Shown here: one piece after another, positions 19,069 through 28,397 of the stretch
How the letters are laid out: each line of letters opens with the position of its first letter
How positions within the stretch are numbered: the first letter of the stretch is position 1
Source of the DNA: Bdellovibrionales bacterium
GTDB lineage: Bacteria > Bdellovibrionota > Bdellovibrionia > Bdellovibrionales > UBA1609
Direction of reading: 5' to 3'
DNA: 64,000 nt
Assembly (NCBI GenBank): GCA_038144835.1
Contig: JAYQON010000004.1
Coordinates: forward strand, 17-64,016
Position numbers and translations under genes: made by a program
The notes under the pieces: model-generated
Seen by the model: only the letters and a program-made list of their open reading frames with translations
What the model was told of the DNA's origin: nothing
Databases searched by the model: none

Positions 19069-20601
19069 TTAGGGAACTGGCTTTGGCGCTAAGCTCCAAC
19101 GCCATGCTTGCAGAGGAAATTCAGCGTCTAGACGGAGGCGAGAGGAGATTAGAAAATGGGAGTTGGGAGAATAGAGACCCGGAACCTCTACATGATCAGA
19201 ACGCACCTTAACCAGTAAATCGCGTTGCAATCGAAAGCGTTTTCGCGGATCAAATTCGCTCTCTAATTGTTCAAGAAGTCTATCCACGTCTGAGTTTTCG
19301 TAGCCTGACAAATTAAAAGCCCCACGCGAATGCCACACACTGGGCACAACTCCAACACTCAGACCACCCCGACTAGCACTAGCTTCAAATTTACCTTCTC
19401 GCAAAAGGCTCCACCAACGCTCATCGTCTTCAATTCGACGTAAACTGACACCGACACCAGCTCGAGCCGCATCAGACTGAAACAGAGAAAGCCAACGCTC
19501 ATCCTGAGAGGACCGCAAAATTACGGTAAATTTCAAAGGGTATGTGACTCCCTCAATACGTTTTTCCAAGATGCCGTCTCGATCTTTATCTTTCCAACCA
19601 GCATCACGTAATAACGTCTTCGCTTTTTGCAAATCAAAGCCGATGAGCTTACCCGGCTGATAAAACGCCACTTGCGGCGAGAATGTATCTGATGCAATCT
19701 TAAAATCACCAAAAAACATTTTATTGCTGGTCTTAACCCGATCCCACATCAGAGTTAAAGCTTCACGCACCCGCTGATCACGAAATAATCGATGACGTAC
19801 ATTCAATAAAATCCAAAGTCCTTCACCACGCACAGCCGGAATCTTGACCATTCGAGGATCCTTCATTAGGTCACCCGCCTCGGATGTCGATACTTCAAAG
19901 TAATCTAGATCTCCTTTAACCAACATCTGACGAGCCAGCTTTGCGTCGGTAACGTGCCTAACCAGCAAACCAAACTCAGGTTGCTGAGCGCCCCACCAAT
20001 TTTTATTTGGTATGAGATACAAAGACCGATTCGGCAAAAAAGTGGCGACCTTAAAAGGACCCGTTCCAATCAACTGCCTTTCGCGAAAAGTAGCATTAGA
20101 GGCACTAAAAATTTTTTTAGGAACTATACGCAGAGTTGTTAGTAAATTTTCAAAACTTTGATAGCGAAGCTTTTTAAAGCGAAACTCAATGATGTGTTGA
20201 CCGACAACTTGGGCAGATTCCACATCCTCCCACATGAATCGCCATAGTTCACCTTTGAATCTAGGGTCAAAATAGGAATCAAAAGTGAATTTCACATCTT
20301 CCGCGGTCAAAAGCATTCCATTGTGAAACTTAACACGTTCACGTAATTTGATTCGGGCTAGCAACTTCTCTCTGTTCACCTCCCAAGAAACCGCCAAGCA
20401 AGGAATCAGCTCATTGGTTTTGGGATGAAGTCGCGCCAAAGGCTCAACCACATTGCCAGTCACAGAGTAAGCCTCAATACCCTGGAGCGAAAAAATATCC
20501 AGGGAAGTCATGCGCGCAGGTATTCCCTGAACAACCCGAGGCAGAGGGCCGGCTTGAGTTTGGATCGAGAAAAAGACGAAAGCTGCAAGCCAAAACTGCA
20601 A
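19069..20601 (-). CDS. ABC-transporter substrate-binding protein, family 5 (peptide/nickel/opine type), orphan
   Basis: SBP_bac_5-like length and motifs (GTGPFK, WW...). TTG start 2 nt after the RidA stop. No permease or ATPase genes nearby. Confidence 0.8.
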   Translation of the reverse strand: MQFWLAAFVFFSIQTQAGPLPRVVQGIPARMTSLDIFSLQGIEAYSVTGNVVEPLARLHPKTNELIPCLAVSWEVNREKLLARIKLRERVKFHNGMLLTAEDVKFTFDSYFDPRFKGELWRFMWEDVESAQVVGQHIIEFRFKKLRYQSFENLLTTLRIVPKKIFSASNATFRERQLIGTGPFKVATFLPNRSLYLIPNKNWWGAQQPEFGLLVRHVTDAKLARQMLVKGDLDYFEVSTSEAGDLMKDPRMVKIPAVRGEGLWILLNVRHRLFRDQRVREALTLMWDRVKTSNKMFFGDFKIASDTFSPQVAFYQPGKLIGFDLQKAKTLLRDAGWKDKDRDGILEKRIEGVTYPLKFTVILRSSQDERWLSLFQSDAARAGVGVSLRRIEDDERWWSLLREGKFEASASRGGLSVGVVPSVWHSRGAFNLSGYENSDVDRLLEQLESEFDPRKRFRLQRDLLVKVRSDHVEVPGLYSPNSHFLISSRLRLDAEFPLQAWRWSLAPKPVP

Positions 20602-20603
20602 CG

Positions 20604-21014
20604 TTAGCCTCGAGATTTATAAGCAACACATTTTAGCTCAACCGCGATGGGAGTGGGCAAACTTAAAACTTCAACTGTGGTACGCGTTGGGCCGATTTCA
20701 GAGAAAAACTCGGCATAGACTTTATTAAAGATTGGAAAATCGTCTTTCATATTGGTGAGAAATACGCTGACATCCACCACATCTTCAAGTGCGCTGCCCA
20801 TATCTTCCAAAACCGCCCGAATATTTTCAATGACGGCTCGGGTTTGAACGGCCACATCATAGTTACGAATGCGACCCTGATCATCTAAATCCACTCCTGG
20901 AATAACTTTGGTCCCCGGCTGCCTAGGCCCCATACCGGACACAAATATAAAATCCCCCACCCGTCGCGCATGCGGGTAAGTACCCACGGGCTCAGGAGCT
21001 CTTTTTGAAACCAT
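20604..21014 (-). CDS. RidA/YjgF/UK114-family deaminase (AmnD-like candidate)
   Basis: Start moved to ATG 21014. PEPVGTYPHARRVGDFIFVSG...DVVDVSVFLTNM...PTRTTVEV is canonical RidA. Confidence 0.85.
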   Translation of the reverse strand: MVSKRAPEPVGTYPHARRVGDFIFVSGMGPRQPGTKVIPGVDLDDQGRIRNYDVAVQTRAVIENIRAVLEDMGSALEDVVDVSVFLTNMKDDFPIFNKVYAEFFSEIGPTRTTVEVLSLPTPIAVELKCVAYKSRG

Positions 21015-21082
21015 TTTATCACTCACTCGCACAAACCTCTCGTGAAATGCAAACTCGTAAACACCTTCTTAACAGCTGAAAC

Positions 21083-22192
21083 CTAACCCCAGAGACCCGA
21101 TTGAGCTGAAGGATCAAAGTACCAACGATCTATATCCGGATCCCAGTCATCCCAGGTTGGAATCAAGCGCAAGGCGGATAAGTATTTTTGTGGCACTATA
21201 CCAGGAACTAAAAATGCCTTTTGCCTGCGCAATGGATAGGGATTGCGCAAAGTAAAGCCAAGAACTCCCAAAATGCCACGTGCCACGTACCAAGTGGCCT
21301 GAGGATTCCAACCATGAGCAATCTTTATAACTACACCCAATCCATCAGGGTAATCCTCATGTTGAATCGCTAAACCCAAAAGACCATCTGCACCTTCTTT
21401 GGCAATCACACGTCCTTCACAGGATTTCATCACAGTGGTGTCGAGGCGATTGAAACCACCAACGAGATCGGGATGCCGTATCATGGATTCCCATATCCAA
21501 TCCTCATTGCGATTTTTGGCCAATCCGGCATAGCACTGGGCCAACTCTTTCACAGTCATGGCTAGTGTTGGCAGACCATCGCCGTCGCGTGCGATGCGCT
21601 TAGGCTCAAAGCCTTCACCTAAATAACGGCGAACGATTTTAAGATATTCCATAAAAACTGGATGCGACGGCAACGTATATCCAGCTCTATTCCACCCCTT
21701 AAGTTTGCACCCTTTCAAAATGGCTGCATGATGCCCAGAGGAATTATTAAACCAACGCCTTGGTCTACGCACTTGCCGCCCGAACTGCACCAACGGCAGA
21801 TCCAACGGTGTCTGCATGAGGCCCCATTCGTTTTCACTGAGTAAAGACTGCGACACTTCGACATGCTCAGCACTGCCATTATGGGATGAAACTGAAATCG
21901 CTTTTTGTCGCCAATCGGTGTTTGCTAAGAGCTCTTGACTAAAAACCTTAATATAAAAAGGCTTCATCATTGAGCGACCATAGCAAAGTACATTTCCGCC
22001 AAATGAGTGCAGGAGATTATCGCCACTGAACCAAGCAATGGCCCCATGAATTGTATTTTCGCTTACACCATTTCGACGATAATCGACCAAGGGCTCCCAT
22101 TCAACATCACGTCCAGTAGGTATTCCCTCCTTATTCTCTCCAAAGGGATCTTCAGGATAGACGTCTTTTTCATCAATAAATTTTGTGCTCAT
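21083..22192 (-). CDS. asparaginase-II-family (PF06089-like) amidohydrolase
   Basis: GRSMMKPF, SSHNGSAEHVE, NNSSGHHAAIL and KEGADGLLGLAI match the thermolabile asparaginase II family motifs. ATGA overlap with the upstream gene. Confidence 0.7.
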   Translation of the reverse strand: MSTKFIDEKDVYPEDPFGENKEGIPTGRDVEWEPLVDYRRNGVSENTIHGAIAWFSGDNLLHSFGGNVLCYGRSMMKPFYIKVFSQELLANTDWRQKAISVSSHNGSAEHVEVSQSLLSENEWGLMQTPLDLPLVQFGRQVRRPRRWFNNSSGHHAAILKGCKLKGWNRAGYTLPSHPVFMEYLKIVRRYLGEGFEPKRIARDGDGLPTLAMTVKELAQCYAGLAKNRNEDWIWESMIRHPDLVGGFNRLDTTVMKSCEGRVIAKEGADGLLGLAIQHEDYPDGLGVVIKIAHGWNPQATWYVARGILGVLGFTLRNPYPLRRQKAFLVPGIVPQKYLSALRLIPTWDDWDPDIDRWYFDPSAQSGLWG

Positions 22193-23145
22193 ACATCTTC
22201 CTGTTCAACAACGCCCCCGATGTCCGCACTCAGGACCTCTCCACCACCTAAAACATTGCGCTCACCAGAAAAAAATTCGGGGTCACTTTCGTCAAATTCG
22301 AGATCTCGCGCGGCTCGCTCAGCAGGAGTTAAACCAACCACGGCCGCACCACTTCCATAGATAGGCTCGTAGGCCAAAATATCTCCCGTGTATAAGTTGG
22401 TTTGCCCCATAAAAGCCGCCAACCACCAAAACGGCTTGTAATTGGCAACTTTGTTTACTCGCGCCTCCTTGTGAAATTGACGAGACAACTGAGAGACATC
22501 TTCTAAACGTCCCGCTTGCAAGAACTCTAAAAATTTTAAGTTCCACTCTTGATCTTTAAGGGAGTGAATATGGTCATTTTTGGGATCCACTCTGCGCTCA
22601 TGCAAACGATTAGACAAAGAAGTGATAATAATACCTATAGCTTTTTTTCCGGTTTTTTCGACGGCATCGCGAGCCGCTTTACCCAACACTAAGGTCTCAG
22701 CCCGGTCGGCATAAACATTCGAAGACACAATCACACAAGGAATTTTGTTATCAGGGTTAACAATCTTATTGACCACCACTGACCCGGTATCAATCGGAAA
22801 TCCGTGGTAATTAATTAAACGCGCCTGCAGATGGCGCTCTCGCGCACTGTGCAAAAATGCCTCTGCCACTTGCGTATCGACCTTAAATTTATAGGAAATA
22901 CTACCTAAATTATGAAAATCGTCATCCACATGAACCCACTCGGGTTCTGGATTGGCTTGGATCTGGTGACCAATGACACTGGGCCAATAGGTCGAATAAA
23001 TCATCAAAACATCGGCCCCGGAATTTTCAATTTCAGCTCGCACACGTTCCATAGATTCACGTACGCGTCTCCACCCGGCATTCGCATCGGGAGACAGATA
23101 AAGATGCGGCAATCCAGGAAGAACATATCCCTTAATCACACTCAT
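22189..23145 (-). CDS. amnA: 2-aminophenol 1,6-dioxygenase alpha-subunit-like (LigB family, non-catalytic)
   Basis: Start moved to ATG 23145 (ATGA overlap with amnB-like; GGCAGGAGG RBS). IYSTYW replaces HSPHW. YHGFPIDTGS and YGSGAAV resemble AmnA. Acidic C-terminal tail of about 45 aa. Confidence 0.7.
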   Translation of the reverse strand: MSVIKGYVLPGLPHLYLSPDANAGWRRVRESMERVRAEIENSGADVLMIYSTYWPSVIGHQIQANPEPEWVHVDDDFHNLGSISYKFKVDTQVAEAFLHSARERHLQARLINYHGFPIDTGSVVVNKIVNPDNKIPCVIVSSNVYADRAETLVLGKAARDAVEKTGKKAIGIIITSLSNRLHERRVDPKNDHIHSLKDQEWNLKFLEFLQAGRLEDVSQLSRQFHKEARVNKVANYKPFWWLAAFMGQTNLYTGDILAYEPIYGSGAAVVGLTPAERAARDLEFDESDPEFFSGERNVLGGGEVLSADIGGVVEQEDV

Positions 23146-24035
23146 GACTGAACCTCCTGCCACTCAACCACCGCATTTCCAGTGCCTATAACAGTGCCAT
23201 AACCGTGAACTTCCGCTGGAAGAGTAGGAAAATTCATCGCAGCTAACAGCCAAGTCAAACTACCGCCATCAGTTTCAGCCGTGGCCTGTTCAGTAAAGTC
23301 AGAGAGAATATCAATGATCTCGCGCGAACGACCTTTTTTCATCAGGTCAATCAACTTCATATCCCATAAGTACTGATTGTGATTGGCTATATGCTCATGA
23401 CTCATATCTTCTGGAATTGCCGATTCAGTAGTGAAATGCCGATGGCTCAAAGAATTTGAAGCCAATAAAACCGCTTTGCGCCCACTCGCCTCAATGGCTT
23501 TGCGTGTAGCTTGGCCAAGTTTAAACATCATCGCCTGCATGACATCCATGTTGTAATACTTAGCAGTTCCCACACTTGAAATCGCAACAATCGGTTTATC
23601 CCAAACTGGATTCACCATGTGACAAGACACAATAGTCCCGTAGTCAATGCGAAAATCCGGATTGCGCATCATTTGGGTTTCAAGACCCAAGGTTGCAGCT
23701 TCCGCGCATATCGCTTCCGCTAAACCCACATCCACCTTCAAATCATAGTGGTAGCGAAACAAATTTGGAAAAACCGGATCCACAGACAAAGACTTAAACT
23801 GTGGTAAGCCCAGAAAATGCGTCCCTGTATTGGTACGCCAATGTGGAGAATGCACAATCAATACGTCGTAGTCCTTTTTACTGAGCGACTTCCTTAAACG
23901 CTCATACGCCCAACGAAGATTTTCCCAGCCACATTCGGCACGCGGCTCGTTCTGCGGCGGGTTCTCAGCGTAAACTAGATGTGGCGGATGGGGAGCTAAA
24001 GCTCCCGCTACTATTTTTCCGATGGCTTCACTCAC
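23142..24035 (-). CDS. amnB: 2-aminophenol 1,6-dioxygenase beta-subunit-like (LigB-family class III extradiol dioxygenase, catalytic)
   Basis: GALAPHPPHLVYAENPPQNEPR..GWENLRWAYER, LIVHSPHW, MMRNPDFRIDYGTI, RKAVLLASNSLSH, IPEDMS and GYGTVIGTGNAVVEW closely resemble AmnB as I remember it. Confidence 0.8.
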   Translation of the reverse strand: MSEAIGKIVAGALAPHPPHLVYAENPPQNEPRAECGWENLRWAYERLRKSLSKKDYDVLIVHSPHWRTNTGTHFLGLPQFKSLSVDPVFPNLFRYHYDLKVDVGLAEAICAEAATLGLETQMMRNPDFRIDYGTIVSCHMVNPVWDKPIVAISSVGTAKYYNMDVMQAMMFKLGQATRKAIEASGRKAVLLASNSLSHRHFTTESAIPEDMSHEHIANHNQYLWDMKLIDLMKKGRSREIIDILSDFTEQATAETDGGSLTWLLAAMNFPTLPAEVHGYGTVIGTGNAVVEWQEVQS

Positions 24036-24044
24036 TTCATCCCC

Positions 24045-25490
24045 CTATTGTAGAGCAATACAAACTGTTTTTGTCTCCGTGAAAAAATCTAAGCTGTAAT
24101 TGCCGCCTTCACGCCCTATACCAGAGGCTTTCATACCTCCAAAGGGCAAGCGCAAGTCGCGCTTAAGCCAAGTGTTGACCCAAACCGTGCCTACATCCAA
24201 ATCGGCAGCAATTTTATGCGCAAGATTAAGATTTTTTGTCCACACCGAAGCCGCCAAACCATACGGCGTGTTGTTGGCCCACTTCACTGCCTCATGCGGA
24301 TATTTAAACGAGTCCACGGTAACAACCGGACCAAAAATCTCAGTTTGATGAATCTCACTGCACTGACTAAGATCAGCGATCAGTGTTGGTCGCAGAAAAT
24401 ATCCGTTAGCTAAATGGTGCGCAAGTTCAGGTCGCCGGCCTCCGGCCACAATCCTCCCACCGTCATTTTGCGCAACCTGCAAGAGCCCCATCACTTTGTC
24501 GTAATGAGTCTTTGAAACCAAGGGCCCCATAAAGGCGTTTTCGTCCATTGGATCAGTGACAATCAAGGATTCCACGTGCTGAATAAGTTTGGCTAAAAAA
24601 TCTTTATAAATGCCTTCCTGCACAAGAATTTTTGATCCACAAAGACAAATCTGCCCCGAGTTTAAAAAACTACCGCGAACGATGTCGGGGATCACCTTGT
24701 CTAGATCGGCATCTTTTAAAACAATGGTTGCATTCTTTCCACCCAATTCAAGGCTTACCTTTTTTACGTGCGGTGCCGCTAAGGCTTGTATCTTTTCGCC
24801 CGTCGCCGTTCCGCCGGTGAACGAAATCAGCGGAACCCCAGGGTGTTTAACCAAAAAACTTCCCGCAGGATCACCTTTTCCAAAAACCATATTCACGACC
24901 CCCTTGGGGACACCCGCTTCATTTAAAAGTCGACACAAAAGAAAGGCAGACTTTGAAGTGAACTCGGAGGGCTTGCAGACTACAGTATTCCCGCAGGCAA
25001 TCGCCGGCGCGATCTTCCAGGAGAGAAGATAGAGTGGTAAGTTCCACGGAGAAATTAAACCAGCAACTCCCACTGGGCGGCGCAAAACGTAATTGATCGC
25101 CTCGCCATCCATGTCCGTAGCCATTTCGTGTTTTTGCAGTATCGCTGAAGCAAAGAAGCGGAAGTTCCAGGCCGCGCGCGGAATGTCTAAAGTTTTAGAA
25201 AGACGCAAAGGTTTCCCAACATCTTGGGTTTCCGCTAACGCAAGTTCTTCGAGATTTTTTTCAATAAGATCGGCAACTCGATGCAAAATACGACTGCGCT
25301 CTACAGTCTTTGTTTTTGACCACTCACCGAAGGCAGATTGAGCCGCTTTGATCGCTAAAACCACATCGATTTCGCTCGAATCTGGTAACTCATAGATTTT
25401 AGCCGCTGTCATGGGACTCAGTTTATCTAAAAACCGTCCCTCTTGTGGGTCTTTAAATTCTGAATTAATGAAGTTTTTTAGCCGTTCCAT
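24045..25490 (-). CDS. NAD-dependent aldehyde dehydrogenase, 2-amino/2-hydroxymuconic semialdehyde dehydrogenase-like
   Basis: ALDH motifs ELGGKN and FLNSGQICLCGS (catalytic Cys), 481 aa. Lies immediately upstream of amnB-like. Confidence 0.8.
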   Translation of the reverse strand: MERLKNFINSEFKDPQEGRFLDKLSPMTAAKIYELPDSSEIDVVLAIKAAQSAFGEWSKTKTVERSRILHRVADLIEKNLEELALAETQDVGKPLRLSKTLDIPRAAWNFRFFASAILQKHEMATDMDGEAINYVLRRPVGVAGLISPWNLPLYLLSWKIAPAIACGNTVVCKPSEFTSKSAFLLCRLLNEAGVPKGVVNMVFGKGDPAGSFLVKHPGVPLISFTGGTATGEKIQALAAPHVKKVSLELGGKNATIVLKDADLDKVIPDIVRGSFLNSGQICLCGSKILVQEGIYKDFLAKLIQHVESLIVTDPMDENAFMGPLVSKTHYDKVMGLLQVAQNDGGRIVAGGRRPELAHHLANGYFLRPTLIADLSQCSEIHQTEIFGPVVTVDSFKYPHEAVKWANNTPYGLAASVWTKNLNLAHKIAADLDVGTVWVNTWLKRDLRLPFGGMKASGIGREGGNYSLDFFTETKTVCIALQ

Positions 25491-25504
25491 AAGCCCCCTA
25501 AGAA

Positions 25505-26710
25505 TCAGTTCAGTTTAGGCGCCACCTGCTCCATAAAGTCGATCATACTGCGCTGAACCTCGGCATTATCGTGGTTATTGAAATCAAACCACAACATCAG
25601 ACGGTCGTCTTTATGGTATTTACAATTGATCTTCTCAGCCAGAACATCAGGGCTTCCTGCCAATGTGTTCTCCACCGCTTGATCGACTTTTCTTTGATCC
25701 AAGGTGCCTTCCATAGCCTTCCAGTAATTCACCCATGCTCTCTCAGCCCTTTCGATGGCTTTTGCGGTGCGAGCTTCATTAGACCAACCGGGAGTGGCAT
25801 CCAAAAATACCATTGCTGTGCGTGGCATAAGCTCACGTCGCCACGCTCCCCCTGCCGGATGGTACTCCTGAGCCATACGGAGATGGGTCGCTTCAATCAC
25901 CTCTGGCGGGGTAATTGAAAGATTAAAAACACCAACGGGCATAATTGAATTTGCCAATCGTTGAGCAACGGGATCATGTGAGCCTAAAGTCAAGTGCAAG
26001 AGTTGAAGAGGCGAATCAAAAGGAATTACCCCGATTTTTTCAAAATCCCACCATGGAGCCAGAGTGATCTCATCTTGGCCCGCAAGCTCTCGCACTTTCT
26101 CCCACTCTTCAGGCTTACGGAAGTCATTAGCCTTCAATGAATATAAGGGCACATCTTGACGAGAAATGCGCTCCCCTTTCAGTAGGCGAAGAAAGATCTC
26201 AATTGCCTCTAAAAGTATTTTTCCTTTGACCACTGGCCACGCGATTTTTTCAATTGCAGTGCGCGGACGAATGCCGTAAGGGCGATTGGAAAATTCAAAG
26301 CGACCACTGGCAAAACCAATGTTTATCGGACGCGACTCTTCACTTTGCCTACCGTGTAAACTTAAAAAAGTCCTCATGGCTTCGGCATGAGCTATGGGAC
26401 CGCCATTGCATAAGATATTACGAATAGCAGAACCCACAGAAATTTTTTTTGTGCGCGCAAAGATCACATGTGCAAGCTGCAAAATATCCGTATTTAAACC
26501 AATTTCTCCCTTAAAGTGCGGAATCACAGGATCCGAACCATGTTTTTGAATCTCACAAGAAAGATGCGTCTCCGCCACCCAAGCCGTGCCGTATCCCAGC
26601 GCATCCGCCAAGCTCACTTGCTCAAAAAAATTGGCAAACATTGTTTTTTCGGAGGGCAAATAACCATCGACTTCGGTCTGACAGATCGAGAAAAAGACAT
26701 CTAACTTCAT
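25505..26710 (-). CDS. LLM-class (luciferase-like) flavin-dependent oxidoreductase
   Basis: N-terminus MKLDVFFS...LADALGYGTAWVAETHLS is typical of the bacterial luciferase-like monooxygenase family. About 400 aa. Confidence 0.75.
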   Translation of the reverse strand: MKLDVFFSICQTEVDGYLPSEKTMFANFFEQVSLADALGYGTAWVAETHLSCEIQKHGSDPVIPHFKGEIGLNTDILQLAHVIFARTKKISVGSAIRNILCNGGPIAHAEAMRTFLSLHGRQSEESRPINIGFASGRFEFSNRPYGIRPRTAIEKIAWPVVKGKILLEAIEIFLRLLKGERISRQDVPLYSLKANDFRKPEEWEKVRELAGQDEITLAPWWDFEKIGVIPFDSPLQLLHLTLGSHDPVAQRLANSIMPVGVFNLSITPPEVIEATHLRMAQEYHPAGGAWRRELMPRTAMVFLDATPGWSNEARTAKAIERAERAWVNYWKAMEGTLDQRKVDQAVENTLAGSPDVLAEKINCKYHKDDRLMLWFDFNNHDNAEVQRSMIDFMEQVAPKLN

Positions 26711-27501
26711 AACGCTCCAGTTCTGCCGCCGTCGACAGGCAAGCTCACGCCGGAAATATAACCTGCCGATTTTGAAGCCAGAAAAACAATGGCCTCGGCA
26801 AGTTCCTCAGGCTCGGCCAAGCGTCGCAAAGGAACACTGTTCATCCATTCGGCGCGAATGACTTCCTCAGTTTTACCGGTTTTGCGAGCTGTGGAACCCA
26901 TCAAGGATTCTAGACGTGGAGTCTGAGTGTAGCCAGGCAAAACATTATTCACCGTGATTCCCAAAGGGCCAAGTTCCAAGCTCAGAGTTTTAGCCCAACT
27001 AGCCATTGCCGACCGCACAAGGTTTGAGACACCTAGGTTAGGAATTGGCATTCGCACGGACGTGGACAACACGTTGATAATACGTCCAGAACCTAGAGTT
27101 TTCATTCCCGGAAGCAAGGACCGCAAAATAACCTGAGAAGCCAGAACATGGCCACGTAGCGCTTGCTCTATTTCATTTACATTGGCCTCTACGAGAGGCC
27201 CGGACGTAGGGCCTCCAGAGTTATTTACCCAAACACCGACCGGCCCCGTTTTGGCCAGCAATTGGGTGAGCGATAAAGAAAGGGTTTCAAGTTGTTCGAG
27301 GTCGACCGCCAATGTTTGGTGACTCTCTGAGTTTGGCAAGCTACCCCGAATCGATTCCAGAACTTCCCAGCGGCGCGCCATTAAGATGACACGCGCTCCA
27401 CGTGCCGCTAAAAGCCGAGTGGTCGCCAAGCCAATTCCCTGAGATGCACCGCCCACAAGGGCCCATGTCCCTGCGAAGTCGTTCACGCTTCTCCTCCTCA
27501 T
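26707..27501 (-). CDS. SDR-family oxidoreductase
   Basis: Start moved to ATG 27501 so that the GGASQGIG cofactor motif sits near residue 15. Also NNSG and a classical SDR C-terminus. 4-nt overlap with the LLM gene. Confidence 0.8.
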   Translation of the reverse strand: MRRRSVNDFAGTWALVGGASQGIGLATTRLLAARGARVILMARRWEVLESIRGSLPNSESHQTLAVDLEQLETLSLSLTQLLAKTGPVGVWVNNSGGPTSGPLVEANVNEIEQALRGHVLASQVILRSLLPGMKTLGSGRIINVLSTSVRMPIPNLGVSNLVRSAMASWAKTLSLELGPLGITVNNVLPGYTQTPRLESLMGSTARKTGKTEEVIRAEWMNSVPLRRLAEPEELAEAIVFLASKSAGYISGVSLPVDGGRTGAL

Positions 27502-27623
27502 CGTCAAGTCGAATGCCGCATTGTGGCCATGGGAGCAAATTGAGTCAATCTCTGGCAAGAAGCCCCATTGTCGCATTGTGACCATTAGTGCTATTCAGCC
27601 TAAGTTCTGACAAAAAAATTAAT

Positions 27624-27869
27624 ATGAGTCCAAAGCAACCCACTTTAGATTTACATGGTTATAAGTCCGATGAAGTCTTCGACGCCGTGGAGAGTTTTTT
27701 GCTGAAACATGCACAGCGCCAGCAAGTCCGAATTATGCCCGGCAAAGGATCGGGTAAAATCAAAGCTAAGGTCATTGAATACCTCAAACTCGGCAACTAT
27801 CCTTGGAGCTTTGAGCGAACCAGCAACGGAACCCTCAATGACGGCGTAATGATCGTTTATATGGAGTGA
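27624..27869 (+). CDS. Smr-domain protein
   Basis: Start moved to ATG 27624. LDLHGYKSDEV...RIMPGKGSG is the Smr/MutS2 C-terminal pattern. Confidence 0.7.
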   Translation: MSPKQPTLDLHGYKSDEVFDAVESFLLKHAQRQQVRIMPGKGSGKIKAKVIEYLKLGNYPWSFERTSNGTLNDGVMIVYME

Positions 27870-27872
27870 TTT

Positions 27873-28397
27873 ATGGCAAAACACACAAAGCTCTTGTGGC
27901 TCGATATGGAAATGACCGGGCTCGATGTCGACAAGGAAGTTCCCATTGAGGTAGCTGCAATCATCACGGATCTGAAGTTTAATAACATCGCCGAATACCA
28001 CACGGTGATTCGTCAACCCCAAGCCTATTTGGAAAGCATGGACGAATGGAACCAGCGCCAGCATAGACAAAGCGGACTTTTCGACTTGATTCCAAACGGT
28101 AAGGAGCCCTCAATCACCGACCAGGAACTTGCAAATTGGGTGAGACAACACTTTGGCTCTGAGCGAGCTATTTTGTGCGGAAATTCTATTGCACAAGATC
28201 GATCATTTATTCGCAAGCATATGCCGCAACTTGAATCGACCTTGCATTACCGCATGGTCGATGTCACCGCTTGGAAAGTGATATACAACGAAATTTTTGA
28301 CCTAAAGATAAAAAAGAAAGACGCCCACCGTGCCCTGGATGATATCCATGAAAGCATCGGTGAGCTTAAATTTTACATGAGTTTTGTGAAGCCCTAG
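27873..28397 (+). CDS. orn: oligoribonuclease
   Basis: [31 protein letters not shown] and [11 protein letters not shown] form the DEDDh Orn signature. Confidence 0.9.
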   Translation: MAKHTKLLWLDMEMTGLDVDKEVPIEVAAIITDLKFNNIAEYHTVIRQPQAYLESMDEWNQRQHRQSGLFDLIPNGKEPSITDQELANWVRQHFGSERAILCGNSIAQDRSFIRKHMPQLESTLHYRMVDVTAWKVIYNEIFDLKIKKKDAHRALDDIHESIGELKFYMSFVKP

